DNA of 63,453 nucleotides, counting the filler, from Pelomyxa schiedti (taxonomy: Eukaryota > Protista > Evosea), in NCBI GenBank assembly GCA_020536535.1. It is 4 parts of 4 records of this genome, joined end to end, with 100 filler letters (N's around TTAATTAATTAA, not from the genome) between each part and the next. Parts side by side here need not be neighbours in the genome. Positions count along the whole stretch, not along the records: positions 32,173 to 62,160 come from JAHLWZ010001005.1; 3 more parts are not named here. The stretch is one strand, 5' to 3'. The notes below the pieces were generated by a model that was not told where the DNA came from, did no database searches, and saw only the letters and a program-made list of their open reading frames with translations. The translations under genes were made by a program, and so were the position numbers. This document shows positions 48,543 through 61,700 of this stretch, piece by piece. Position 1 is the first letter of the stretch. Every line of letters begins with the position of its first letter.

Positions 48543-50379
48543 ATGCAGCCAACAAACAAGGGCGGGAAGCTCGAGGTGAAGAAAGTGGCACCCACGTCGC
48601 CTTCTACTACGACGTCTACAACCGCGCGTGCATCTTCTACGCCAACCGTCCGCCGCGCGTCTCCCATAAGCGGCAATTCTCGCGAGGCCTCGCCAACAAG
48701 TACCGCTGTTGCAAAGAGCAAGGGCTCGGGCCCGGCCGCCGCGCCTTCCCCCGCGTCGAGCCCAAAGCCAAATGGAGCCACCGTGCAACCCATAAGGAAG
48801 AAACCCAGGACAGCCGAAGAGACTGCAAAGGTTACCAAGCCCAAACGAGGTACAAACCCTGAGCCAGAGGACGCGAGCGCAAACGTGGTCCATGTCGTTG
48901 ACGACGACGAGGATGACTCTGAGGACGTGGCTGCGCAGCCGACTTCGTCGTGCACTAGTACTACTAGCACGACTTGTACAACTAGCAGTGCTAGTAGGGC
49001 CACTTCAGCTGCCGCACCAGGGGCAAAAGCAACTGCGAAGGTGGACGAGGAAGATGAGGGTGAAAGCAGCAGCGAAAGTAGCGGAAGTGAAAGCGAAAGC
49101 GAAAGCAGTGTAAGTGAAAGTGAAAGTAGTGAGAGTGAGAGTGGGAGTGACGAAAGTGACGAAGAGGAGGAAGAAGCTGGTGGGAACAGGAAGAGGCCAA
49201 GTAAGTCTGCAAAGGCGATTACAAAGACTAAGGAGTCTCCAGGGAAAGTAACACCAAAAGCGAAACCAAAAACAGCAGCAGCAACAGAGGAAAAGGGAGG
49301 AAAGGGCAAGGGCAAAGGGAAAGCAAAGACCAGTGTGAAGAAGGAAAAGAACGCTGAGCTGAAAAGACTTCTTAAAGACCCGAAAAGGACTGTGCGTTCT
49401 GTGATTCTTGAGCAAAATCGAAAAGATATGGCATTGCTTGCTCGTGTTGTTTCTGGGGAACTCTCTGCAAGTGATTTCAAAAGCCAAATGTCGGAAAGAC
49501 TGGCTGGACAATGGCAATTGGGCACTTCGTCGTTCAATATCCGCCCTGATGGAGTGGCGTGTAAACATGTCTGCACTTATTGCTATGTCGCTCCAATGTT
49601 CAAGAGGTGGGGTCGCAAGTGTGTACCACCTGGAATTGAAGAGCTTATGCCTGTTGATAAAAAGAAAGTCCAGAAAACTTGGAAGAAAGTGGCACCAGAA
49701 AACAGGGAGATGATCTTCTTTCCCTCTTCATGCGATGTATTTGCCGAAAATGCCCAAGACTATGTCACACAAGCCCGTAGAATAATCGATGCTGGACATG
49801 AGGTGAGCTTTCATTAGCATAAACACTCGCACACACACAAACACACTAACCCAATCCATGCATGTGCAGATTTTCTTCCCCACGAAGCCCACAAAGAAGT
49901 CAATCACTGCTCTCGCCCACTACTTTGGGCTGGCCGGTCCCAAGTACAAAGCAGCCGTGCAACTGTTCATCACCGTGACCACAAATGACGAGGAGGTGCT
50001 GCACAGGTTCGAGCCGCGGGCTTCGTCGTACGCCGAGAGGCTCGAGTGCATCCGCATCGCCGCCGAGAACGGCTTCAACGTGAACGCGATATGCGAGCCG
50101 TACCTGACTGACCCGACGCTGTTCGTGCCGGCCTTGCTGGAGATGCTGCCGCCGAGCGGCGTCGTCGCCGTGGGCAAGATGAACTATTCCGCGCACATGG
50201 AGCTGTCGTCGGACCCCGCCGAAGATGCTAGCATGAAGGCGTACCTTGCCGATCTCTACTCTGAGGGCAACGTGATGAAGGTGTACAGAGAACTGAGCAA
50301 CAACCCCAGAATCATATTCAAGAAGGAGACCATGATGGGCATCATCAAGATCGTCACCAGCAGAAAGAAAAAATCGTAA
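48543..50379 (+). CDS. SPL-like radical SAM protein with long disordered N-terminal extension (one intron ~49803-49869)
   Basis: CKHVCTYCY (CxxxCxxC); FPSSCD; ITVTTNDEEVLHRFEPRASSYAERLECI; CEPYL; GKMNY. Confidence 0.88.
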
Positions 50380-50505
50380 GGGATGAGCCTCCCATTTCAC
50401 AGCGAATCGTCCTTTGATCAAAAACAACCCTCGTAACAAGAAAAAAGTGCATAGAGTTGTCCCCAAAAAAGTCTAAAAGGCGCTTTTTTCTTTGTCATTC
50501 GGGCA

Positions 50506-52095
50506 TCAATCTCTGATATTTTCTAAAGGGGTGAGGAAGGGAACGGCGTAGATTCGCGCTGGCATTTGAGCCTTACTAAACTGCGTAATAGTGAAAAGGG
50601 TTGTCCCTGCTGTTGCGTCTCTGAACTGATGCGTCATGAGCACGTCTGGTCTGCAGTCGTGCGTAGGTACTTGGAACCACACAGTGTGAAAACCACTTCG
50701 CATATGAAGTGAACTTGACATTAGAATTCCACAGCCAGAGGTAACCAATGATCCAGGAGGGAACACATGAACCTGGCATGGGGTCATTTGCTGTATACAA
50801 GGTGATGGAAATGTGGGTGTGGGAGAAGGATGAAGAGGAGGAGGAGAAGAAGACGAGGCAACACGGAGCAACTCTGAGAGAGGATAAATTGAAGTGACTG
50901 CGGAACTGTGGTTCGTCAGACACACGTGCGACTCATCAGCTATGCCAAATGTGGTGCTCAAATCCAGATAAGGCTCACTTATATCGGAGGAATGCCCCTG
51001 GGTTGGGAGCAATGTGATGATTGTCCCCGTGTTCAGCACCAAAAGCTTGATTTCAGTCGCTGTTCTCAGAAGGAAGCAATATGTGCCATCAGACCTATTG
51101 ACAAGTGGCTCTGTGAGACAGTCACTGTGTGTGCATATTCCCCTCTCTGAAAGGTTCAACTTTCCAATGACCTTGAGTGGGTCGTCACCCGAGCCCGTCC
51201 TTGCGTTCAGCAGGTTGATGTGAAAAACAGTAAGGATTTCATTACCAGAATCCGTATTCTCAATGGCTGTTGCTTCCACAACATCAGACTCAAAGTCATA
51301 CTCAGTGGAACCGAAGAATCTGAGTGACACAATAGACCTTATCCATGAGTACCGCAGAACACAGCATTGTGTGGGTTTTTCGTTTTTTATTGTGTAGACT
51401 AACAACCCATGTTCTTCATCAGTGCCCGGGAGGGTTCCGACAACAACCAACCACTTCTTGTTGCAGCACGCGGCAGATGTATTACTATTCTCCATGCTCC
51501 AACCACTTTTGTTCCGACAGATCACAGAGAACTTGTCAGGAACGTCATCCTTAGTCTTCCTCTTCATGAATGAATCACCGCCAAGCCAACCAATGCACGT
51601 CCCTGTCATATGCACCAGCCGAGGCTCCTCCACAACTCCCAGCGTTGGGCTCACACTGAAAAACATGTACACGTACCTGGGGTCATCGTTGTTGCCGTAC
51701 GCCGCCAAAACACTTAATGCATCAAACTTCACCGCAACCCTCCTCTCGGGCCTCATCACCCACGTTTTCCCAATGCACTCGGCCAAAACGGTTGATGGCA
51801 ACAGACTGACGAAACACCCCCGGGGTGGAGGTGGGGTTGTTATTGTTGACGACCGTTTTCGCGGCCTCTTGGAAGGCGGAGCAACGCCACTTGATGTGTC
51901 GCCGTCGTCGCCGTCGTCGGTCGTGTTTGGTGTTTGGGGTTGTGTTGTCGTTGCTGCTGTTGTTGGCTTGGTTCTCTCTGGGTCCCCTCCCCATAGCGGG
52001 GGGTACATCGTGGCGAACAATAATGGGATGATCTGGCTCTTGGCGCTCAGCGCGCCGTACGCGCTGTTGTTGTAGTCGTACCGTTCGCCAAACAT
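50506..52095 (-). CDS. Intronless expanded-family hypothetical protein
   Basis: LSAKSQIIPLL, IGKTWV, FSVSPTLGV, CNKKWLV, FRDATAGTTLFTI parallel the HPRCG family layout, though the HPRCG motif itself is absent. Confidence 0.8.
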   Translation of the reverse strand: MFGERYDYNNSAYGALSAKSQIIPLLFATMYPPLWGGDPERTKPTTAATTTQPQTPNTTDDGDDGDTSSGVAPPSKRPRKRSSTITTPPPPRGCFVSLLPSTVLAECIGKTWVMRPERRVAVKFDALSVLAAYGNNDDPRYVYMFFSVSPTLGVVEEPRLVHMTGTCIGWLGGDSFMKRKTKDDVPDKFSVICRNKSGWSMENSNTSAACCNKKWLVVVGTLPGTDEEHGLLVYTIKNEKPTQCCVLRYSWIRSIVSLRFFGSTEYDFESDVVEATAIENTDSGNEILTVFHINLLNARTGSGDDPLKVIGKLNLSERGICTHSDCLTEPLVNRSDGTYCFLLRTATEIKLLVLNTGTIITLLPTQGHSSDISEPYLDLSTTFGIADESHVCLTNHSSAVTSIYPLSELLRVASSSSPPPLHPSPTPTFPSPCIQQMTPCQVHVFPPGSLVTSGCGILMSSSLHMRSGFHTVWFQVPTHDCRPDVLMTHQFRDATAGTTLFTITQFSKAQMPARIYAVPFLTPLENIRD

Positions 52096-52156
52096 CGTCA
52101 CCAGAACAATCAGCGCAGCGTCAAGTCGAAAAACAAAAACAACGCCGAGTCGTGGA

Positions 52157-54291
52157 ATGATGCACACGTTCCAAGATCGGATTGTGGTGGGTGTTACGGC
52201 AGCGGCGGCTGTTTGGTCTTTCGTGTTGCTGGTTGTCTGGGCACCTCAGCAAAACAACAACGCGTGCAATTTCAGCGAGTGGGCGTACTACAACTTGCAC
52301 GTCGTGTGCGTGGGCCCATGAGCATCAAGCTTTTTTTTTCCCTCTCATTCTGTTTGTGCAGGTGGGAGAAAGGGTCAGAAAGATGGGTTGTATGGTTGTG
52401 CATTGTAATCTCTTACTTGGTGTCCATGAGCTGGGTGCTTTGTCGCTACCCAATTTTTGGACTGAAGCCTCGAAGAGGCAAATGCGTCCACTTAGCACTG
52501 GTTCCCAAAAGAGACATTCTACGAATATGCTTGACAATTGTTCACACTGTGAGCACTTGGTCTCTTCCATGATTGCTTATTCTTCACTCAGATTATTGTA
52601 TCGGCACAATTACTTCTATGTGGGCTGTGCACATACTTGACACTCTCTGAAAAGGGGCTTAAACATGTGGTTCCCCTTGCACGACGCTGGATACTTCATG
52701 TTCTACCCCCACTTCTGAGTATCACCTTCTTCATAGCACTTGTGGTTCTGGCTTTCATTTGTGCAATGTGGTTGTCACATCGGTGAGACTGAAGAAGGTT
52801 TAGAAGATGGTATTTAGTCACCACTCTACTAGTAAAACCAGGGCTTCAACAAGGACAATACTTTTAGTGTGGATTCCGCTTGTATATTGGTAACCAACAC
52901 TCTTTAGTTTTCCTTGTAAAATCCCTAGTTACCTGCTGTTTTCTTTCTACATTGCCATGCTAATAGCAAGTTATCACCCTTGTGTGGGAGTTATTCTTCC
53001 ACCAAAACCAAGGATTATAGCTCACAGGTGAGAGAGGTAGACTGAAATACACTGACCAGGGATAGACTTGGAAGTGATTACGGACCAGAAAACACAATGA
53101 TCGCCCTGCAGGGAGCAATGGATGACCATGTGCTAAGTACAGAAACAGACTTCTCCATTTCACTTGATGGTGGAGGACTCAAAAGTAATTAGTACCTCTT
53201 GTGGAATTTACATGTGATAGGCATACCGTTTGTCATTCATGATCCGTTTTTTAAACGAACTACCACAATTGCTGACATATTCCCGGAACGAGTTAATGAT
53301 CCAACAAGCTCATTTTTCATTGAAGACATTGCAAAGCTGGGTACTTCAAAATGGTACAGTCTGATTCAGCATTGCATAAATTCTAAATGTTATCAGGTCA
53401 TGTGGTCCAAAGAAAAGTAAGTCACAAATTTCAACCTCAATTCCTCTTCTGTCAGACGTTCTTGAATTAACCCAGAAGTATAATGTTACCCTCATATTTG
53501 ATGCATATATGCCGCCTGCTACTCATCCCTTCTTGTGTGTAGTGGGTTCTATGTAACCAACCCAATTTTCTCAAAAGCAACACCTTCGAGGAGATATTAT
53601 TGTACAGCTTGAATACAAGTTCCACTGACCCGTCACTCATTTGGTGGCTGACGTCTCCTTCTAAAGATACTGTAATTCTCTATTTCCATTCGCCATCTCA
53701 GAAGCTACTTGACATGATCAATTACAGAAAAATCTCTCCTCAGTCATTAAGGAGCGTACTGCCTTTAAGCTTGTATATGCCGTTGACGCAGATCCCCTGG
53801 CTAGTTGGGAAGATAATTTTCCAACAGTAGCTCGCGCAAAGAAACTGTACTTTCCTCCCTGAAAAAACAGTGTAGTTTAACCAGTTTAAAAGGGGATATT
53901 CAATCATAAATGCACACTTCTCTGTCCATGACTCTGAACTTACGACCTGGCACCAGGGCGGACTCGAAGTGAATATCTTTGTGGTCAATGCGCCATGGCT
54001 TTTTTCTCAGGTTACAATGATTTGAAGTTGTCCCCCACTACTACTACTACCACCACAACCGCCTGCCTTCATAAACCCACGCACATCCAGATGTGGTGCC
54101 TAGGCTATGACTCTGTTACATCAGACAATGCCCACACGCTGTCCCGGCTCGAGAGGCCCATACTCTGGCTGGATCCCAGCAGCACCCGAGTTCTCGCACT
54201 GGCGCCCATGCTGCTCACCCTCGGCATCACGCTTGCTTTGGCCGCCTTCTTTGTCTGTTGCGGGAGCCGCCCGCGACCCGCAAAAAACTAA
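52157..54291 (+). CDS. Hypothetical intron-rich membrane protein
   Basis: N-terminal hydrophobic segment (VVGVTAAAAVWSFVLLVVWA), many short GT-AG-bounded exons, C-terminal TM (LLTLGITLALAAFFVCC). Confidence 0.45.
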
Positions 54292-54483
54292 GTCCAGCGT
54301 GCGCCCCCGCGCTGGCTGAAAAACCTACCGTACGACCGCGCGCCGCGGGGGGAAATTTTTTCGCGGAACAGTGAACCTGTGACGTCTACTTTGGCCAAAA
54401 AGTGGGTGTAAAAATAGATCCCCCGCAGTTTTATATTTTCAATTTGGTTATTTCATTTTTTCTTAAGAAAAACCGCCCCAAAC

Positions 54484-55649
54484 ATGGACAGGAAGAGAAA
54501 ACCAACAGGTTTTGCCTTTTCCGTCGACGTGCTCGTCCGACGAGACTCAGAAGGAAAGTCCTTCACAGAGAAGGACTTGACGTCTGGGTTTCGACCACGC
54601 GGACTTCACGAAATCTTCAATCTTCGTCCGGACGACAGCCTTTCGTCACGGAAATTCCTAAGTCGCTCGTCGAAACTTGGACGAGCGCCACAGGGATTGA
54701 ACCGTCGACCGAGGCTTGCCGACCACGCACTTCAACCACTGCGCTATTCGTCTTTGAAGCAACTAACTTCCCCACAGCGACTTACTACTCAAATGAAGGA
54801 TCGTCGTCGAGCGAGCCGGGCCAGGCCAACAGCCCCGCACGGAAAAGAACAAGACCAGACGGCGTGAAAAGGCAAATGGCGAAGCTGGGGTTGCAGTTCT
54901 GCCGCAGTCACATTGTGACAAGGCTTCCACTGAATGACATGGAAAGGGACTTACTGATGTACAGTCCTGCTTATTCGGGATACTCTGAGAGCTCTCCTAA
55001 GAGTTCTTATGGGCAGGGACAAGAGTACCAGGGATTCTGGATGATTGGAACAACTCCCCATGGTCGTCTGGTTTTCAGCTGTGTGGATTATCCACCCCTC
55101 GTGGGGAACTACCTGCCACTGAAGTGTAAATCATGGCTGGTGGTGTGCAATGAACTGGACAGATCGATTGATCCTGCAACTGTGCTGCGTCTGTCAACAA
55201 ATGTACCACTAACAGCAGACAACTGTTGTCTGGTCAATGAAACAGAGACAAGTAACAGAAAGAAGGGATATCAAGGAAGGTTGTATTTGAGGGTGTTTGT
55301 GAAGTGCACTGAGACATCTGATTCCTGGGTCAGGACTCCTATGTGCATAGGTTTGCAACCCCTCTTTTGGTTGGTGTTTGACATCCAACTAGTTACTGAT
55401 CCCTCCATTGAATTTCCATCTGAAGTTCATATTCAGAGCCCAGGTCCTGCCATGGGTCCAGCCAGTGGCTTCTTTTACACATACCCAGCCACTGAAGTTC
55501 CTTGCCCTTCACTTGATGGGAGCCCTTACCTGACATCCATCCTCCCAAATGGAACTGCCGATGTTCCACAAAGCACAACTGGGGTGGCACAGTACACAGA
55601 GAGTGACTACACTCCACTGCCTCTCTATCCATATCCCGGGTCAGCCTAG
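54484..55649 (+). CDS. Hypothetical protein (probable short first intron)
   Basis: ATG 54484 can join the 415-codon frame through an intron of about 50 nt from GT at 54509; contains NLS-like RKRTR. Confidence 0.6.
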
Positions 55650-55817
55650 GCTTGGACCCTCATGTAACACTGTAAAAGAAAGAGATGGTTGTTTTAAGTT
55701 ACACGATGTCTGCAGTTTTGAAAAAATTTGCAAAGTCGGAGAAAACTACGGCGCGGGGACTTATGAAATTTTTCCTTGTGTTTCACGCGCGTCGTGGACG
55801 AGAACGGAGTTTTGACT

Positions 55818-57557
55818 TCAACAAATTTGGTTGGTTTTTCTAAGTCGCCGCCGTCGCAGCCGTTGGCAGAGGCCGGCCCTTTCCGCTGACAGAACCACGA
55901 ACCCGGCCGCTATGAGGGCCGCGCCGCACGCCGAGGCGGCCCGCGGGGCCCCGCGCCCCAGCGCCGCGTCGCACGCGACGGCCGCCGGGATGGCCAGCAG
56001 CGAGCCCGCCGACACCAGCGTGGGCGCCCTGCTGAGCGCGATCGCCACGACCGTGAAGGCGGCGAACGCCGAGTCGGCCGCGCACACGCCCGCCAGCCGC
56101 CGCAGTTGCTCGCCACTTGCAATTGTGGGAACCACTTGCTGCAGCCACGTGGCTGAGGTTGCTGCAGTTGCATTTATTGGTGAGCCTGTTGTTGCTGCTG
56201 CTGTGACTGGGATGAGAATCAGGATTAGGGAGACTGGGATTGCTGATAGAATGTTACATGCACCAAGCACCCAAAGGAATTGAACGGCATTCCAAGCAAC
56301 TTCTGTTGTTGTCATTGCTGTTTTTGATTGAGACACTGGATTGGATGCTACATATGGTTCCCTGATGGAAGTGGAATTGAGGGGGAGGATGGAGGGTGAT
56401 GACGAAATGATGGTAATTGTATCTGGTGGAGAGGAATCTTCCGTGATGAGTTCTGATGAGGAAAGAATCGGGGTGGTGAAGTCTTTATCTTCATTGTTTT
56501 GTTGGTTTTTCCGGTGGGTCCACCATTGCTCAAACTTGGAGTAGAGAACTTCATAAAGTGCGAACAGCACTGTGCTGGAAAACACCAACAGGTATCCCAC
56601 AATTCCTTGGGTTATAAATGTGGATTTGCCGTTCATTTCTACTGGACTATCTCCCTCAGTTCCTCGTGGAGTTGCAATAGACTCCGAGCAGCTCACTGAT
56701 ACGGCACCTACCACACTTGCTGATACAGCCAGTATCTTGGAGAGTGCAACCTTCTCATGTAGGATTATCACTGAGAGCACAAACACTATGGCACAGGCCG
56801 AGTTATAGACTGCTGTATTCCCTGCAATACTAGTTCTAGGTAGACTCAAATACCAGGTGTACGAACAAGCAACAGCAATGAGATTGAGAATAAAGGCAGC
56901 AGCCACATACAGGAGGCAGTTGCTTATACGGCGAGACCTATTTTTGCAGGATATTGGTGAGGCATCCTCCAGTGAACTTCATTGCCTTAGTCTTAGGGTG
57001 CATGCGTTGAGAGTGTCACTGTACTCGCTCCAGGATGGAAGCTTTCAATACCTCAATGCTTTGGACTTATGTCTCTTCCAATGGAAAATCTTCCATAAAA
57101 ACCATGGTCCAGCAAACATTACGTAAGATGCATGCACTAGCCAAGCAGTGAAAAGAGGCTGCAAGTTTAAAGCTGAGCTAGTTGTACTGCATAATACAAA
57201 CAAAGACCGGTCACTGTTAAAACAAACCCAAAATAATCGAACATAAACATAACAACGAAAACTAATCGAGAACAGCTAGATGGATTTTTATCTACTCACA
57301 TTACTTTGTGTTGTCTCCATGCCCTGCAAAGAATAGGCGAGCACGAGCCACAGTACCACCATTCCCATAATGCACAACATCGACCCGCAAGCCCTCCCGT
57401 ACGCACCCGCCGCCACTCGTGTTCGGCCGAGCATCCCACAATCCCTCACCACCTCATCCACACCGCACCCTTTATCATCATCAGTTACCGCGACGCTAAG
57501 TGACGGCGTCGACTCGTCGCTAATTGTGCTGTAATAGTGGTACCGGCTCGACTTCAT
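55818..57557 (-). CDS. DMT/EamA transporter, SLC35F-like
   Basis: YTWYLSLPRTSIAGNTAVYN..FVLSVIILHEK; PTLVSAGSLLAIP..D; multiple TMs. Confidence 0.85.
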
Positions 57558-57648
57558 TACTTGGGCCGAGATTAAATCTTTTGGCTCAAGTAGTACCTGG
57601 TGCAAAAAGCAACTGCTGACTCAAAAAAACCTTTTTTTTAGTTCGGCT

Positions 57649-58462
57649 TCAATCACTGTGCTGTTTGCCACCAAATGCGACGAAAGATAGGGAGACACCA
57701 AGAAGTACATAGGCGGCAGTTGCAGGGTAGGCCCCAAACAGGAATATTGTAACATCTAGGAAGTATTAATTTGAGAGGTAGAAGCGCTTTGGTGAATACA
57801 TAGTCCAGCTGCAATTTGGAATAATGACATTGCGATGAATAAAGAGCGCACTCTTAACACTCGTTTAAACAACAGGGTGTAGGCGGTCAAAGAGGCAGAC
57901 ATGAATAGCTTTACAATGGCCAACGCCGTGATATCCACAGACTCGGAAGTCGGAAGTCCACGTGATATTCTGAGATGCACATAAGGACAAGATTCAAAGA
58001 GAAAAGTGCACACAGTGTAGTGTGTACATACACATAACCCAAATTTCCAGGAACCCACCAGACTTTTATGTGCCAATACAACATTGAACAACCAGCCAAT
58101 CCACATACAATACAAGGCGTCCCAATTCCAGCCAGGCACCCCGCAATCAATCCCACAATTGCGCCTGCGCCCCCGGCGGTGTCGTCGCCCGCGCCTTTTC
58201 GGCCCGGTGTTGGAGGCGCAGGGTCCAGGTCGAGGGAACCAAGTTGGGTGCGGACGAGGTGCACGAACAGGCCGAGAATAGGGAGCCAAAACGAGAGGCC
58301 CAGGACGGCCCCGGCTACGGCCAACTTGTCCTCGACGCCGTCAGACGGGTGGGCCTCGATGGCCTGGCTGTGGTAGCTCAGCATTATGGGCAGCGAGTAC
58401 AGGAACGCCGAAACCGTCAAAACCCCCTGGCAGCACACCACGGCCACGCCCCTCATTGTCAT
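57649..58462 (-). CDS. Hypothetical multi-pass membrane protein
   Basis: Several hydrophobic helices across about 3 exons. Confidence 0.55.
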
Positions 58463-58764
58463 TCCTTTGATTTTTCAACAAGGGCCAAACGGCCGGATCA
58501 TACAAGTTCAAACGAGTTGTTGGCGTTCTATATGCGGCCTACTCCCCAAGGGGTTCTTGTTTGGATCCAATTTGGGGCAGCACTTGGAAACGGAAATGGG
58601 AGGGATTTTTACTGCAGAGTCCCCTGAGACTAGAAGCAAACCAATAATCACAAGAGTACCGCGAGCACCGCCGGTACGCCTAACGTCTGTTGGTGGGTTT
58701 TTGGGTTTTCACTAGTCGTTACGTCGTTGACTGTAGGCTGTAGGCGGACACCTCGACGCGTCCA

Positions 58765-61700
58765 ATGGATCCCAGCACGTAGGTTTCTGGTGGTTTGTTC
58801 TTGTTTTGTAATGTGTGCAGTTCGAGTGAAACCAGTGAAAACAGCAGTGGTACACCGTCGCCGTCTGCAGGCAGTGCTCGTGCCACTAACGCACCAGGTT
58901 TACAACCTTCCCTCTTTTTGTGGTCTTTTCACTACCAAAGAATCCGCCACTGTGCAACGGAACAGCGATACAACCATTGAACCAACTCAGAACAGTTCTC
59001 CAGAAGCTGCCAAAGAAAGCACCACCAAGAGAAGAAAAGTCGTTCGAAGAGTAGAAGATGGTCAAGTAGTGATTAAGAACTGCGTGCAACAAACATGTCA
59101 CCTGTCTGTAACAGGAAGTAATAATACGTCGCCTGTCCCTCACCAAACAATTTTCAAAATATCATGCATTCCTGAGCCATGTATATAGCTCTTTTTAAAG
59201 GATGTATACAGCCAAACAAGAACGTTGTGTTTCTCTTCTGTGATCATACTGAGTGGAAAAATAAAGACAGCCTCCATGCTTTCGTTAAAGGGATCTGGGT
59301 GGAAGACAATTCCACAGCTTTGAACAGTCCCTCTCTTACATGGCAGAACAGTAGAGCTCTTTACTTTGACAAGCGCCATTGTATATCTTTGCTGCAAAAG
59401 AAGGGTGACAGCTTTTCCTGGCCTCTCTGCACTATTAATGGCGCTATCTGTCGCATGTATCTAGCAGTTCTTGATGAGAATTGTATGGACACAGGTGGCA
59501 GACTTAAGAGTCCTTTCAAGATTGAGAGTTCATTAANNNNNNNNNNNNNNNNNNNNNNNNNNNNNNNNNNNNNNNNNNNNNNNNNNNNNNNNNNNNNNNN
59601 NNNNNNNNNNNNNNNNNNNNNNNNNNNNNNNNNNNNTCCTGGCCTCTCTGCACTATTAATGGCGCTATCTGTCGCATGTATCTAGCAGTTCTTGATGAGA
59701 ATTGTATGGACACAGGTGGCAGACTTAAGAGTCCTTTCAAGATTGAGAGTTCATTAACAAAACAGAGACTATTCTCAGAAAACTTGAAAGAGAGTTTGAA
59801 GTATGCACAGTGGAAATCGAGGTCCTATACCCTTGTTGACTCGACGTGCGCCACGAACATTGTGCCTTTGCCTTTAAACATCAGTGATACTTCCGCACCC
59901 CTTTTCCAGCCAACTTCAAATGACACAACAACTTCATTTCCCAACCTTTGGCCAGCCACCCAAAACGTGAGCCCAAATGCTGCCAACTTTGACAAGACAA
60001 TAACTCCAGGGCACCTCTTCCACTCTAACGTGAATTGTGGAACCTGTGAGCCTCCCGAATCAGCCCCCAGTGATTGTTGGAATGTGCAGTCTGAATCTGT
60101 TGATGGTTGTGGCGCATTAACAGGGTGCAGAGGTGGTTTAAATTTCTGTACCACTGTTTACCCGCAATGTGTCACAGCACTCCCCACTCCACCAAGCACA
60201 GTTATCAACCAGTCATCTCACCTTTCTGCCTTGAGTTATGGAATGGGTAGATTTCCCCAAGGCAATTGTTGGGATATACCACCTGGATGTACCAAGATAT
60301 ATCCCTATAACTACTACAGTGTGAAAAGCTGGGAAGAGTCACCCTATATGATTTTGGCGCATGCTGGAGTCAGTATCCCCCAAATTGCCTATTTTGAAAT
60401 TGCAGTGAATTTTTCTTATGAAGGTGGTGTTGGCGTTTCTGCCTTGGGTGGTCAAAGTGGGAACAGCTGGTCCTGCATGTGGGAATTTTCTGGCAGGATA
60501 ACCAGGCCCCTAGTTCCACCCCGCCAAGTTAAATCTTACAACCAAAGAGATACTATTAAAGTGCGGATTAACTGGAAAGAAGGAAAGATATACTTTGAAA
60601 GCACAAAAAAAAATCCTACAGCACAACTTGAAGAGAGTCCTAAAAACCTTGTGGAACCTTTCCCCACAGATGTTGGCTTGCTGTTCCCAGCAGTGCGCTT
60701 GCATGGAAATGGTGACAATGCCACATTGCTTAAATATTTGCCAACCCCCATCAACCAAGGGCAACTTTATCAACCAACCAACAACGTAAACGTGGACAGC
60801 AGTCCTTCCAATACCTTTCCATTCTCCGGTTACATTCAGAATAATACAAATAGCGAACTGGAGAACCTTTGCACGATGCCAACTTATGGAATACAGGGAA
60901 ATCAAGAGGAAGCCAGTGCCAGCCCGGCAAGTGACACACAGCAAGATGGGAATGAGAGAAAAGAATTGCACGATAGTGGCGGTGTGACTCTAAGTTCTGG
61001 GTCTTTAACAACCGAGGAGCACATCGAGGCAGCAAATACAGAAAAGAGCCCCGAATTTCCAAGACCCGGGCAGGGATTGACTGATCTCTGTACAAAAATT
61101 GAACATCTAGAAATTCGATCAGAGCAATCCCCCTCTGTGGTACTGGCAGATGATTCACCAGGGGGCCGGTGCCAGCCCACATCAGAAGTGGCACCCACCT
61201 CAACAATTGGTGGGTCCCTCTGTCAGAAACTTCCCTTTAATGATCACTGTACGATTGAATCTGTCTCCAATGAAGGAGGCAGGCACTATTGGAAGCTTAC
61301 TGTCAAAGACTGCAATCTCAATGATTCAGAACGGCATCAATTGGTTGCACTTGCTCCAGGCAATGCACTTTGGTTTTTGAACACGATCCCGTTCGACAGA
61401 ATGACAGCCATCATAAACATCACTGCCATGCGGGCCAGTGTAAACATAAGCAGTGGTGGCAGGGCCAAAAGTGATGGAGATGGACTCACAACAAACCTGG
61501 AGCATTTTGAACTTTTTTCCGCAGATAATACAACAAAGATTTGTGTGAGATTTATGAATGAGCAGAAGGAAACCACAGAGCATGGCAGAACCTCCCTATT
61601 TCATACTGCAATCACTGGCACCAAGAATGCCATGGCAAATGTCTATAGCAATCTTGGCCTAGAAGAAGCCAAAAAACTGCTTGTTTCGATCAGCCAGCAT

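Noticed and set aside
48308-49576. Long antisense ORFs (also 143-741, 47319-48026, 9568-10164, 24383-25196)
   Set aside because: Shadows of low-complexity or GC-rich sense genes.
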